From positions 17,275 to 81,274 of the forward strand of contig JAQBRE010000003.1 of the NCBI GenBank assembly GCA_028286605.1: a stretch of DNA of 64,000 nucleotides, written 5' to 3'. How positions within the stretch are numbered: the stretch's first letter is position 1; each line of letters starts with the position of its first letter. The DNA comes from Parcubacteria group bacterium. GTDB lineage: Bacteria > Patescibacteriota > Minisyncoccia > Phycocordibacterales > Phycocordibacteraceae. The translations under genes and the position numbers were made by a program. Under the pieces are notes generated by a model. That model worked only from the letters and a program-made list of their open reading frames with translations, made no database searches and was not told the DNA's origin. Below, piece after piece: positions 37,578-47,562 of this stretch.

Positions 37578-39083
37578 TCACGAGCTCGTTACTACGGTAA
37601 GATATCCCGTCCCGTCTGAACCGACCGAACCGACATACAAAACATTTTGTCTGCAGGTCATTGCTGTCGCGGTTCCTTGTGGAATAGCTATGTGGGAATA
37701 CAGAACAGGGTTCGCAGAATCCTGAATATTCCAAAGCTGTAGCTCATCGTTCGTCAGCACAAATGCAAGGAAGCCTCGAATTAAAATACTTTGCACTCCG
37801 CGATGGTTCAGGTTGTTTCCAATGTCGACTCCGCCTACACGGGTAAGAGAAGCATCCTGCGTAAGGATTGAGAATTCTTCAGAAGCGCCATTCGCGTAGG
37901 AGCGACCACTGAACAGATACGAGCCTGCTCGCACTAGTACGCGCACGAATCCTGCACCTGAAAAACTATGAGATCCAATTTCAACAGGATGAGCAGGATC
38001 ATGCACGTCTTCGGCGATAATGGCTTTTCCAGAGCCGCTATTATCATCAGTCCCTACATATATTGTGGTGCGTGCTGCGACAACTGCATTCACACCGCGT
38101 CCGATAGCGACTCCTCCTATACGAGTAGGGACGTATTGATTGCTCATATCTACGATCTGCAGTTCCTGGCCGCCACCTGTTTTCGAAAGACCTACATATG
38201 CGGTGTTCGCACGATAGGCAACAGCATCTCCTGGGGAAGTTGCGCCGCTTGCCGTAAGAGCTAGTGCAGGGCTCGTGGTAGGAATTTGAAAATTTGCAGA
38301 GGGATCCGGCGTTGTTCCTGGCGTAAAGTATGTCTGCAGTTGTCTACAATTTACTGTGCTGTAGGCGCAGTTAGGCATGTCCGTACTTGAGAATCCATTT
38401 GCTGCGTACATATGATCATCTCCCGCGGCAAGTGCCGTAAGACCTATTTTTGACGGACTTGCGTTGTCGAAAGAATTTATATAGGCGGGCTGTTGTGCTT
38501 GGTCTGTTATACGAAAGAAAAACAAGGTCGGGTCACTCGCCTGCGTAGTGCTTGCGACCCCAACGGCAAGGACATTTCCCTGGACTGCAAGAGATGATAT
38601 GGGGTAATGGCCAGCCGGAATAGTTCCGGGAAGAAGGAAACCAGGCATCAGCTCGTACGAACCCAGGATGTGCGGATGCGTCCAGTCTCCTAAGATGAAC
38701 GGTTGGCAGGGGTGACTACTGACATTCTTATAATTAGCGACGAGCGTGCTGTATGTGGCTGACTGCGGAACACCTTCAAGACTTGTCCATGTCGCCGTGC
38801 TGGTTAGTAGAACAGCACTGTCATCAAACGGTCTCAAGATTAGAGAGGTGCTGATACCATTTGCAGTCGTAGTTGCTATGGCAGTCAGTCCAGTAAAATC
38901 AGTACGAGCCAGCAGTAACGAATGCTCAAGGAGTGCTTGCGCCTTGCGATTTGCTTCAGCTTCTGTAAATGCATTCTGAAGTACGATGGGCATACGGTAT
39001 GCGACCAGCCCCGCTGCCACTATTGCCGTTGTCAGAATAACGAAGGCAAGCATGAGTTCGATTATCGAGAAACCTTTTTTCAT
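37578..39083 (-). CDS. minor pilin with LVIVD-like beta-propeller domain
   Basis: KKGFSIIELM; repeats LQIVDMSN, EDVHDPAHP, WNIQDSANP. Confidence 0.8.
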   Translation of the reverse strand: MKKGFSIIELMLAFVILTTAIVAAGLVAYRMPIVLQNAFTEAEANRKAQALLEHSLLLARTDFTGLTAIATTTANGISTSLILRPFDDSAVLLTSTATWTSLEGVPQSATYSTLVANYKNVSSHPCQPFILGDWTHPHILGSYELMPGFLLPGTIPAGHYPISSLAVQGNVLAVGVASTTQASDPTLFFFRITDQAQQPAYINSFDNASPSKIGLTALAAGDDHMYAANGFSSTDMPNCAYSTVNCRQLQTYFTPGTTPDPSANFQIPTTSPALALTASGATSPGDAVAYRANTAYVGLSKTGGGQELQIVDMSNQYVPTRIGGVAIGRGVNAVVAARTTIYVGTDDNSGSGKAIIAEDVHDPAHPVEIGSHSFSGAGFVRVLVRAGSYLFSGRSYANGASEEFSILTQDASLTRVGGVDIGNNLNHRGVQSILIRGFLAFVLTNDELQLWNIQDSANPVLYSHIAIPQGTATAMTCRQNVLYVGSVGSDGTGYLTVVTSS

Positions 39084-39493
39084 AGCGTGTGCATAACCGT
39101 AATGGCCTCTTCTGAATTGCTATCAACTTCCCACGCACCCGTGCTTGAGGCTGCACGCCTAAGCCAACCAACGGGGTGTAGGTTTCCCAAGCCAAGAAAT
39201 TGAATGATGCCGGATGCCGTGCCGTCTTTGTTTTCTGCAAGAGGATACGATTGGTCTGATTCACCGGCGGCTCGTATGACAAGTGCGTGAGGTGCATCAG
39301 ACCAATACAGGCTGTGCGGTATTCCGTGCATCGCTTCGGCACGCGCATGGCGGGCGATAGCCGCCATGCGCGTGCCGTCGGACTGCGCAAGCGCAGCTTC
39401 AAATTGCTGTATGCCTGGCCCGATCGTTACGCTTGCAAGCAGGGCAGCGAGAGAAATACTTATCAATAACTCTACCAAGGTGACTCCGCGCAT
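39080..39493 (-). CDS. FimT/GspH-like minor pilin
   Basis: RGVTLVELLI prepilin motif; ARHARAEA. Confidence 0.85.
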   Translation of the reverse strand: MRGVTLVELLISISLAALLASVTIGPGIQQFEAALAQSDGTRMAAIARHARAEAMHGIPHSLYWSDAPHALVIRAAGESDQSYPLAENKDGTASGIIQFLGLGNLHPVGWLRRAASSTGAWEVDSNSEEAITVMHTL

Positions 39494-39496
39494 ATA

Positions 39497-40537
39497 TTAC
39501 TGAGCGCTTATTCCCTGAGTCAGACCATAGATCGGCGTGATGATCGCGAGCGCGACGAATCCTACGATGCAGCCCATGATGAGCATTAATACAGGCTCAA
39601 TGAGTGCCTGCAGCGTGCGTGATCGCTCTTCAAGATACTGTTCATATATCTGCGCAACATTTCGCAAACTTTCGGGAAGCGTACCGGTTAATTCACCTGC
39701 CGTAATCAGCTGCACCGCAACAGAGGGGAAGAGCGTTACTCGTTCAGAAAATCCCTCTGCAACTGGTCGTCCTTCGCTTATGCGCGTATACAAATGCGTA
39801 AGCGCTTCTTCGTACTGACTATGCTGGATACTCTTGGCAAGCATATCCAACGCCGTAAGTATGCCTACGCCGCTCTCAAGCAACGTTGAAAGCGTGCGCG
39901 CAATAGAGGCAGCATGATAGTAAAGAATCATAGAACCGAAAACGGGAATACTCAGCAGTATGCGATCGCGCAACTGTCTGAAACGCGAGAAGCGAAGAGC
40001 GTAGACGAACGCACCACTCGAAAGAACGATAAGAACGAGCACCAGCCATCCATAGTTTGATGTGAATTCAGTCAGGCCGATGAGAATACGAGTCGGTAGC
40101 GGTAATGTCTGATGGAATCCTTTAAACAAAGGCAAGATCTTAGGAAAGGCGTACAGCGTTAGGAACGCGGTCAGTGCGACCGTGGCGCATACGATGATAA
40201 GCGGATAGAGCGCAGCACTCATCATGCGCCGTTTGTCATCACGATTTCGTGTACAGAGCAGCGCAATTTGCTCAAGATGATTCGAGAGCGATCCGCTCGT
40301 TTCCCCAACTTGCACTAAGCTCACATGGAGCGGATCGAAGATGCGCGGGAATCGAGCAAGCGCATCAGAAAGACGTTTGCCGCGAAGCACCTCTTCACTA
40401 ATTGCTTTTATTACGCGTACGTACGCAGGGCGCGAAGCGCCCTGCTGTATCAGTTCGAGGGCACTAATAATAGGAATACCAGCACGCAGAAAGAGTGATA
40501 ATCGTCGCACGAAAAGAATTACTTCATCGGTACGCAT
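39497..40537 (-). CDS. type II secretion F / PilC platform protein
   Basis: RRLSLFLRAGIPI, GETSGSL, GELTGTL, LIEP; ATG just after ATPase stop. Confidence 0.93.
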   Translation of the reverse strand: MRTDEVILFVRRLSLFLRAGIPIISALELIQQGASRPAYVRVIKAISEEVLRGKRLSDALARFPRIFDPLHVSLVQVGETSGSLSNHLEQIALLCTRNRDDKRRMMSAALYPLIIVCATVALTAFLTLYAFPKILPLFKGFHQTLPLPTRILIGLTEFTSNYGWLVLVLIVLSSGAFVYALRFSRFRQLRDRILLSIPVFGSMILYYHAASIARTLSTLLESGVGILTALDMLAKSIQHSQYEEALTHLYTRISEGRPVAEGFSERVTLFPSVAVQLITAGELTGTLPESLRNVAQIYEQYLEERSRTLQALIEPVLMLIMGCIVGFVALAIITPIYGLTQGISAQ

Positions 40538-40538
40538 A

Positions 40539-41798
40539 TCAGGTGTGATGAAGACGAATAATTTCTTCAAGCGTCGTGCTGCCATCTGCAACTTTTTGCA
40601 CCGCATCGCTCATCAGGGGTATCATTCCGCGTTCGCGTGCGATTCTGGCTATAGCACGCGCATCAGTAACGTCGTGGAGCGTATCGCGAATCACGTCATC
40701 AATTGGCAGTAGTTCGCATATGCTTATACGTCCTCTATAGCCCGTTCCTCCGCATACAACGCAACCGATACCGCGCAGAATACGCATAGGAAGCGATTCT
40801 ATAACACCTCCGTTTATCAGCGTTTCCAGAACTTCCTTCTCTCCTGCATTCAATATTCTTTCTACGCTACATTTCGTACAGACACGCCGTACGAGGCGTT
40901 GCGCCACGATAAGGGTCACGCTTGAAGCAATGAGATATGATTCGATACCTTGATCACGCAAGCGAATAAGTGCCGTTGTCGCATCAACCGTATGCAAAGT
41001 TGAAAGGACGAGGTGGCCGGTAAGCGCAGCGGTGCAGGCAAGCCGCGCCGTTTCCGCGTCTCGAATTTCACCCACCATGATTACGTCAGGATCCTGACGT
41101 ACGATGCTACGCAAGCCGTGGGCAAACGTAAATCCTGTGCGCGGATTCACTTGTATCTGACTTATGTCGTCTATCGAGTATTCGATCGGATCTTCAATCG
41201 TAACAATCGATTGGTTCTGATGTGCAAGCACGGTAATAAGCGTGTAGAGCGTGGTCGTTTTCCCTGAACCAGTCGGACCGGTAACGAGTACCAATCCGTG
41301 CGCACGGCTTATTGCATATTCAAGCGCAGCACGCTGTTCAGTGCTGAATCCTAATTGTTCGAGCGTTCCGGTGCGAGTATCCAGTGAAAGAAGTCGCAAT
41401 ACGGCATTCTCGCCGTAGTAGGTCGGTGCAAGTGAGATGCGAATATCTACTGAGCGCTCTGAATCAAGTGTGAATCGAAAGCGACCATCATGGGCAGCGT
41501 GGTGTTCATCGGTACGAAGATTCGAAAGAATTTTAAGCCGGGCAATAAGTTCTGCATGTACTGAAAGTGGAATCGCATGTTCTGTGGTAAGTACGCCATC
41601 AACTCGAAACCGAATACAGATGTTCTTACGTCCGGGAAGAATGTGCATATCTGATGCGCCTGCCGCATGCGCATGGAGTATGAGCACGTCGACCAGCGCA
41701 ATTACCGATGAAGCGTGGCCATCTGAAATGCTTTGTATAAGGCGCGCCGCTTCGCGGCGCACGGTAGTCAGCAGGGAATTCGGGTCTTCGTTTTGCAT
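40539..41798 (-). CDS. GspE/PilB assembly ATPase (short, ComGA-like length)
   Basis: GPTGSGKTT, TIEDPIEY, RQDPDVIMVGEIRD, STLH, CxxC pairs. Confidence 0.94.
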   Translation of the reverse strand: MQNEDPNSLLTTVRREAARLIQSISDGHASSVIALVDVLILHAHAAGASDMHILPGRKNICIRFRVDGVLTTEHAIPLSVHAELIARLKILSNLRTDEHHAAHDGRFRFTLDSERSVDIRISLAPTYYGENAVLRLLSLDTRTGTLEQLGFSTEQRAALEYAISRAHGLVLVTGPTGSGKTTTLYTLITVLAHQNQSIVTIEDPIEYSIDDISQIQVNPRTGFTFAHGLRSIVRQDPDVIMVGEIRDAETARLACTAALTGHLVLSTLHTVDATTALIRLRDQGIESYLIASSVTLIVAQRLVRRVCTKCSVERILNAGEKEVLETLINGGVIESLPMRILRGIGCVVCGGTGYRGRISICELLPIDDVIRDTLHDVTDARAIARIARERGMIPLMSDAVQKVADGSTTLEEIIRLHHT

Positions 41799-41912
41799 AG
41801 GTATCTGTACTACTCATGCTAGCGAAGCGGTCCCTAAAACAATCCTGTTTCAGGCTGTGTAGAACTCCACCCACTCCATAAATTTCCTATTTCTGCTACA
41901 CTTTCTCTACAT

Positions 41913-42464
41913 ATGGCATACGACTTTTCAAAACTGACGGCGAACGTGAAAGAGACTGAAGAATGGCTCCAGCGCGAGTTTTCTAACATCCGCACGGGCC
42001 GCGCAACCCCCACGCTTCTGGATTCCGTTAAGCCTGAAATATACGGCGCACGAACGCCAATTCAGCAGGTGGCGAGCGTTACTATCGAGGACGCGCGTAC
42101 ACTTCGTATCGTGCCGTGGGATAAATCGATCGCAAAGGATATCGAGCGCGCGATAAACGATGCAGATTTCGGTGTTTCCGTTGCGGTAGATGATCAAGGT
42201 CTTCGCGTTATTTTCCCGATGCTTACTGCAGAACGACGCACGCAGCTTCAGAAAATGGCAGGAGAAAAAGCCGAGCAGGCCAAGGTGACGCTTCGCGGGC
42301 ATCGCACCGATGCGCTGAAGGATGTCGAGGCCACAGAAAAAGAAGGCGGCATGGGACTTGATGATTTGAAGCGCCTCAAGGATGACGTTCAGAAACATAT
42401 CGATAAAGGCACCGAAGCGATCGAAACGATGATGAAAAAGAAACAGGAGGAAATTACGCTTTAG
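41913..42464 (+). CDS. frr: ribosome recycling factor
   Basis: IRTGRA, PWDK, LTAERR. Confidence 0.96.
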   Translation: MAYDFSKLTANVKETEEWLQREFSNIRTGRATPTLLDSVKPEIYGARTPIQQVASVTIEDARTLRIVPWDKSIAKDIERAINDADFGVSVAVDDQGLRVIFPMLTAERRTQLQKMAGEKAEQAKVTLRGHRTDALKDVEATEKEGGMGLDDLKRLKDDVQKHIDKGTEAIETMMKKKQEEITL

Positions 42465-42499
42465 TTGCTCTCAAATAAGACAAGGTTTATAATAGGCAT

Positions 42500-42590
42500 A
42501 CGTTCGTGAGCGAAAGCTTATTCTGGATACGGCTAGTCCGACTTCCGAGCGAACAAGGAAAATCCTTACTTTTGTAGGGATTTTTCCTTT
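42500..42590 (+). ncRNA. putative multi-branch small RNA convergent with RNase-like gene
   Basis: TTGCTC-17-TATAAT; GTTCG/CGAAC closing stem, TGAGC-GAAA-GCTTA hairpin, further hairpins, terminator. Confidence 0.5.
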
Positions 42591-42958
42591 TTCATAACAC
42601 TCAAAAAATGAATTTTTCCATTTCCAACTCTTCTAACCACAACCCGAATCGGATGTTGTTGATTATGAACAGTGGCAACAAATGACCAATACTCAGTATT
42701 CCAAATTTTCCTATATCTATACCCTTCGATAACTTTTGCAGAACGTAGAATTTCAGGCACAAATTCCAATAAGCGCACTCGATTCAAAACCACATCTGGA
42801 TTCCTTGCTCTATTGTCAGCGCTGAAACGTAGATGATTGAATCCTTTCATATTGAAATAAACGTAAGATTTTAATGGGCCACAGTACACAGGTTTCCAAC
42901 TCTTATATTCTTTACGACACAGATCTATTAGATCTTTAAGTTTCTTATTCATCCGCAC
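42566..42958 (-). CDS. low-GC basic protein, possible RelE/BECR-fold nuclease
   Basis: VYFN.KGFNHL...R..LL...YWSF...IRVVVRR.G.G..HFLSVM; fold is inferred. Confidence 0.6.
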   Translation of the reverse strand: MRMNKKLKDLIDLCRKEYKSWKPVYCGPLKSYVYFNMKGFNHLRFSADNRARNPDVVLNRVRLLEFVPEILRSAKVIEGYRYRKIWNTEYWSFVATVHNQQHPIRVVVRRVGNGKIHFLSVMKKEKSLQK

Positions 42959-43040
42959 AGTATTGCTTTTTGGTGTTCAAGATTCGCTAAGAGAAAGTTA
43001 AAATTTATCTGAAATTTGCTGCTGTAGTACACTAGAGCGA

Positions 43041-44132
43041 ATGACTGTCATCCTTTTCATACTCGTATTGGTGGCGCTTATCGTTGTTCATGAATTCGGG
43101 CATTTTGTCGTCGCAAAACTTTCGGGCATGCGTGTGGACGAATTCGGTATCGGCTACCCGCCGCGCATCGCGGCGTTCAAAGTAGGTGCTACGGAATATA
43201 GCCTGAACTGGCTGCCATTCGGCGGTTTCGTTCGTATATATGGTGAGGATGAAACAGATGCAGCAGGGAAGGACGCATTCAGCTCCCGCCCGAAAATTCT
43301 GCAGGCGCTCACCTTGGTCGCAGGTATCTTTATGAATCTTTTGTTCGCGTACGTGCTCGTGGTGCTGGCTCTCGGTTTCGGTACGCAGCGCGCGCTTTCA
43401 GATCAGGAAGCATTGAGCGCACCTGATGCAGTGATTGCGGTTGCAGACGTATTGCCAGGAAGTCCTGCCGCAACGGCAGGACTCATGCCCGGTGATTTCA
43501 TTCGTTCTGTAGACGCGCCGAATTCTTCGTTCACGAGTGCAGTCACGAATGATTTCACGACGTTCATCGGCCAGGACACGAATTTCGCACCGCTCACATT
43601 CCATATCGAGCGAAATTACAAACCGATGACCCTCACAGTAACGCCGAAGAGTGACATTATTCCTTCGCAGCCGTGGCGCATCGGTATAGGTATCGCTATT
43701 TCAGATGTCGGTACTGCGCGCGTATCGTGGGGCACGGCGATAACTGACGGCGCATCGCTCACCTGGGAGCTCGTGAAGGAAACTGCTATAGGGCTCGCGA
43801 AGTTCTTTGCCAGCCTTGCGACGTTCACCGCGAATCTTTCTGATGTTTCAGGTCCTATCGGTATCGCGGGAGCAGTGGGGAATGCGTACAGTCAGGGCAT
43901 TACCTCGCTCCTTACGATTACCGCGCTCATCTCTATAAATCTTGCGCTTATCAACATCATTCCGATTCCTGCACTCGATGGCGGACGTCTCCTGTTCGTT
44001 ATTATCGAGGCCGTTATTCGTAAGCCTATCAAGCCAAGAATCGCGCAGACCGTAAACATGGTCGGCTTTGCGCTGCTCATATTGCTTATGGTCTTGGTGA
44101 GTGCTCACGACATTTTCAAGCTGTTCACCTAG
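43041..44132 (+). CDS. rseP: site-2 protease (M50, PDZ)
   Basis: HEFGHF, PFGGFV, NIIPIPALDGG. Confidence 0.93.
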   Translation: MTVILFILVLVALIVVHEFGHFVVAKLSGMRVDEFGIGYPPRIAAFKVGATEYSLNWLPFGGFVRIYGEDETDAAGKDAFSSRPKILQALTLVAGIFMNLLFAYVLVVLALGFGTQRALSDQEALSAPDAVIAVADVLPGSPAATAGLMPGDFIRSVDAPNSSFTSAVTNDFTTFIGQDTNFAPLTFHIERNYKPMTLTVTPKSDIIPSQPWRIGIGIAISDVGTARVSWGTAITDGASLTWELVKETAIGLAKFFASLATFTANLSDVSGPIGIAGAVGNAYSQGITSLLTITALISINLALINIIPIPALDGGRLLFVIIEAVIRKPIKPRIAQTVNMVGFALLILLMVLVSAHDIFKLFT

Positions 44133-44186
44133 GGTCCGAAAGGAAGGTTTTGCCTCCTTGGCTTCGGGACGTATACTGTCTGGGAT

Positions 44187-45467
44187 ATGAGGCAAACACA
44201 GCTTTTCACGAAGACGCGGCGCGAAGCGCCGGCAGATGAGGTGTCTAAGAATGCACAGCTTTTGATTCGTGCGGGATTCATCCATAAGGAAATGGCAGGC
44301 GCGTACGATCTGCTCCCGCTTGGCTTACGCGTTATAGAAAAGATTCGCGGCATCATTCGCGAAGAGATGAATGCTATCGGCGGACAGGAACTGCACATGA
44401 CGACGCTGCAGGGTCCTGAATTATGGGAGAAGACCGGACGGTTCGACGACGCAGTCGTCGACAACTGGTTCAAGACGAAGCTTACGAACGGTACGGAGCT
44501 CGGTATCGCAAACACGCATGAAGAACCGATCACCGCGATGCTCACGCACCACATCAACTCGTATAAGGATCTTCCTGCGTACGTGTATCAATTCCAGACG
44601 AAGTTCCGTAACGAACTGCGTGCGAAATCCGGCATCATGCGCGCACGCGAATTCCTGATGAAAGATTTTTATTCTTTCAATCGAACCGAAGAAGATTTCA
44701 AGGCGTTCTATGAAAAAGCAGCGGAAGCATACACTCGCATCTTCATGCGTGCCGGTATCGGGAACGTAACGTATCGCACGGTTGCCGCAGGCGGCACGTT
44801 CACGACTGGATTCACGGATGAATTTCAGACCATTTCAGACGCAGGCGAAGACATTATTTACGTAGACAAGGAGAAGGGTATTGCCGTCAACAAGGAGGTA
44901 TACAATGACGACACGCTCGCGCAATACGGCCTAGATAAAGCCTCAATGGTGGAAGAGAAGTCAATCGAGGTTGGAAACATCTTCCCGCTCGGTACGAAAT
45001 ATCCGGACGCTATGGGCCTCACGATTAAGGATGAGAATGGAGAACAGCAGCAGGTACACATGGGCAGCTATGGTATCGGCCTTGGCCGCTTGATGGGCAC
45101 CGTGGTTGAAGTGCTTTCAGACGAGAAAGGAATCGTGTGGCCTGCATCGATTGCGCCATTCGGCGTTCATCTGGTTTCAATGACTTCGAACGACGAAGTG
45201 GTCGTTGCATACGCAGATGCACTCTATGAGGAACTCACCGCAAGCGGCGTGGAAGTTCTGTATGACGATCGCGACGCGCGCGCAGGCGAAAAACTCGCAG
45301 ACGCAGATCTTATCGGTATCCCGACACGCATCCTTATCGGCAAGGACACGATATCAAGCGGCGCTGTTGAAGTGGTCGATCGCGCTACAGCCGTAGTGAA
45401 AAAAGTTACTCGTGACGAATTGCTTTCGCACATGGGCTCCGTCGCTAGTGCAGAAATCGCAGGATAG
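44187..45467 (+). CDS. proS: proline--tRNA ligase
   Basis: QLLIRAGFI, THEE, KFRNELR, REFLMKD, MGSYGIG. Confidence 0.96.
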   Translation: MRQTQLFTKTRREAPADEVSKNAQLLIRAGFIHKEMAGAYDLLPLGLRVIEKIRGIIREEMNAIGGQELHMTTLQGPELWEKTGRFDDAVVDNWFKTKLTNGTELGIANTHEEPITAMLTHHINSYKDLPAYVYQFQTKFRNELRAKSGIMRAREFLMKDFYSFNRTEEDFKAFYEKAAEAYTRIFMRAGIGNVTYRTVAAGGTFTTGFTDEFQTISDAGEDIIYVDKEKGIAVNKEVYNDDTLAQYGLDKASMVEEKSIEVGNIFPLGTKYPDAMGLTIKDENGEQQQVHMGSYGIGLGRLMGTVVEVLSDEKGIVWPASIAPFGVHLVSMTSNDEVVVAYADALYEELTASGVEVLYDDRDARAGEKLADADLIGIPTRILIGKDTISSGAVEVVDRATAVVKKVTRDELLSHMGSVASAEIAG

Positions 45468-45469
45468 GT

Positions 45470-46525
45470 ATGGCAAATCGCTTCTCAAGGAATTCGCTCT
45501 TCTCCAGCGATATCGGCATAGACCTCGGTACCGGAAACACGCTCGTGTACGTACGCGGGCGAGGCATCGTTATCAATGAACCATCAGTGGTAACGGTAAA
45601 TGAGAAGACCGGGCAGGTCGTTGCGGTGGGTATCAGTGCGAAAGCGATGCTCGGCAAGACACCGCCGCATATACGCGCTATCCGCCCGCTCGAGCATGGC
45701 GTGATTTCGGATTTCGAAGTAACGCAGGAACTGCTTTCGTACCTTATTCATAAGGCGCAGAGCGGCCGTACGCGCCTGTTCGGTCCGCGCGTGGTGATTG
45801 GCGTACCGACCGGCGTGACTAACGTAGAGAGCCGCGCGGTTCGCGATGCCGCGCTCACGGCCGGGGCGCGCGAAGTATATATATTGGAAGAGCCGATGGC
45901 TGGCGCCATCGGCGCGAAGCTGCCCGTAAATGAAGCGCTCGGTACGATGGTGCTCGACATCGGCGCCGGTACCACCGACATCGCAGTAATTGCGCTTGGC
46001 GGAACGGTAGCAGGGAAGAGCTCGCAGGTTGCGGGCGATCGCCTGAACGACAACATCATCGATTTCGTACGCAGTGAATTCTCGCTCGCCATAGGCGAGC
46101 GTACCGCAGAGGACGCGAAGATCGCCGTCGGTGCCGTGCTGCCGCTCGACGAAGTGCTGGAGCGTCCGATACGCGGCCGTGACCTCGCTACCGGTCTTCC
46201 GCGCGAAGTGATACTTACGGATTCGCACGTACGCGAGGCGCTCGCGCCTTCCATGGACAGTCTTATGGAAGCGATGAAGGATGTGATCGAACGCACGCCG
46301 CCGGAACTTCTTTCCGATGTGCTTGAGCGCGGCGTAACGGTATTCGGCGGCGGCGCGCTGCTGCGCGGCCTGCCGGAGCTTCTCGCGAAGATGCTCGGCG
46401 TGCCGGTCATGGTCGCTGACGATCCACTTACGGCGGTGGTGCGTGGTACGGGTATCGTTACAGAAAGTCCGCGAGACTGGGCTGAAGCTTTCATGCATGA
46501 AGACGCCATCCTTACGCAAATATAG
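45470..46525 (+). CDS. mreB: rod shape-determining protein MreB
   Basis: IGIDLGT, EPSVV, EEPMA, DIGAGTTD, GGGALL. Confidence 0.96.
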   Translation: MANRFSRNSLFSSDIGIDLGTGNTLVYVRGRGIVINEPSVVTVNEKTGQVVAVGISAKAMLGKTPPHIRAIRPLEHGVISDFEVTQELLSYLIHKAQSGRTRLFGPRVVIGVPTGVTNVESRAVRDAALTAGAREVYILEEPMAGAIGAKLPVNEALGTMVLDIGAGTTDIAVIALGGTVAGKSSQVAGDRLNDNIIDFVRSEFSLAIGERTAEDAKIAVGAVLPLDEVLERPIRGRDLATGLPREVILTDSHVREALAPSMDSLMEAMKDVIERTPPELLSDVLERGVTVFGGGALLRGLPELLAKMLGVPVMVADDPLTAVVRGTGIVTESPRDWAEAFMHEDAILTQI

Positions 46526-47303
46526 TTCTCGTTCGAGTCGCAACAATCTGCTTTCGCCAGGCATGTTCGCCGTAGGCGTACTCGTGCTTTTAATAGGTAT
46601 TCTCGCGATCGTACGATTCGCCGCTCCGAATGCGTTCATCACCATCGCATCGCCATTCTGGAAAGCAGGGACATCAGTTTCTGCAGCAGTTGCTACCGGT
46701 GCAGGAGGATTTACGAGCACAGCGAACTTAGTTAGTCAGCGTGATCAGCTTGCTACACAGGTTGATCAGCTGACGGCACAGAATCGTACGCTTACGGCGC
46801 GTGCGCAGGACCTACAGAACCTGCTGGGCAACCGTACGCAATCTTCAGGAGGAATATTGGCGGCCGTGTTGGCGCGCCCTCCGGTCGCGCCTTATGACGT
46901 CCTCATCGTTGATCAGGGCGCATCAACCCACGTTGTTCTTGGTGCAACGGCATACGGCCCCGGCGGCACGCCCATCGGCACGGTTGCAACGGTAGAGAAC
47001 ACATCATCACGCATCACGCTCTATTCGAATCCTGGCCTTCAGACTGATGCATGGGCCGGCGATACTCGCATTCCTATAACGCTCACCGGCGCCGGCTCGG
47101 GCGGCTTCACCGCAACGCTACCGAAAGCAGCAGGCGTAACCGAAGGGCAGGGAATATACGTTGCCGCAGCCGGCGCGGTACCGGTCGGCGTCGTCTCGCA
47201 TGTAAATGCCGACCCTTCTTCACCGAACGTCGTGCTCCAGATTCATCCCTACCTCAACCCATTTTCCCTTACATGGGTGACGATAAGCGCTGACGGCTCA
47301 TGA
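46497..47303 (+). CDS. mreC: rod shape-determining protein MreC
   Basis: TM, coiled coil, beta domain; follows mreB. Confidence 0.85.
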   Translation: MKTPSLRKYSSRSSRNNLLSPGMFAVGVLVLLIGILAIVRFAAPNAFITIASPFWKAGTSVSAAVATGAGGFTSTANLVSQRDQLATQVDQLTAQNRTLTARAQDLQNLLGNRTQSSGGILAAVLARPPVAPYDVLIVDQGASTHVVLGATAYGPGGTPIGTVATVENTSSRITLYSNPGLQTDAWAGDTRIPITLTGAGSGGFTATLPKAAGVTEGQGIYVAAAGAVPVGVVSHVNADPSSPNVVLQIHPYLNPFSLTWVTISADGS

Positions 47304-47560
47304 TTCGCATTAGCTTACCGCTACGCATAGGCATCATTATTCTGGCCTGTGCGTCGCCATTCATTTTTCCCAGTATCCTCACTGGAATTCTTGCCTTTGC
47401 AGCCGCGCTTATCTTTCCACCACTCGCAATAGTACTTGGAATGCTCACCGATCTCCTCTATGAACCGACTGGATACTGGCCATTCGCGAGCATGCTCGGC
47501 GTGATTCTGTGCGTCATAGCGCTCTTCGTGCGCTCATTCGTGAAGGAGCGTATTATGTAA
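47300..47560 (+). CDS. small membrane protein at the mreD position
   Basis: 86-aa hydrophobic ORF between mreC and PBP2. Confidence 0.65.
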   Translation: MIRISLPLRIGIIILACASPFIFPSILTGILAFAAALIFPPLAIVLGMLTDLLYEPTGYWPFASMLGVILCVIALFVRSFVKERIM

Positions 47561-47562
47561 GA

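Noticed and set aside
45584-46720. Long antisense ORFs (e.g. 45584-46720, 24064-25203, 49869-50741, 22702-23481)
   Set aside because: Shadows of well-supported genes on the opposite strand; no motifs.
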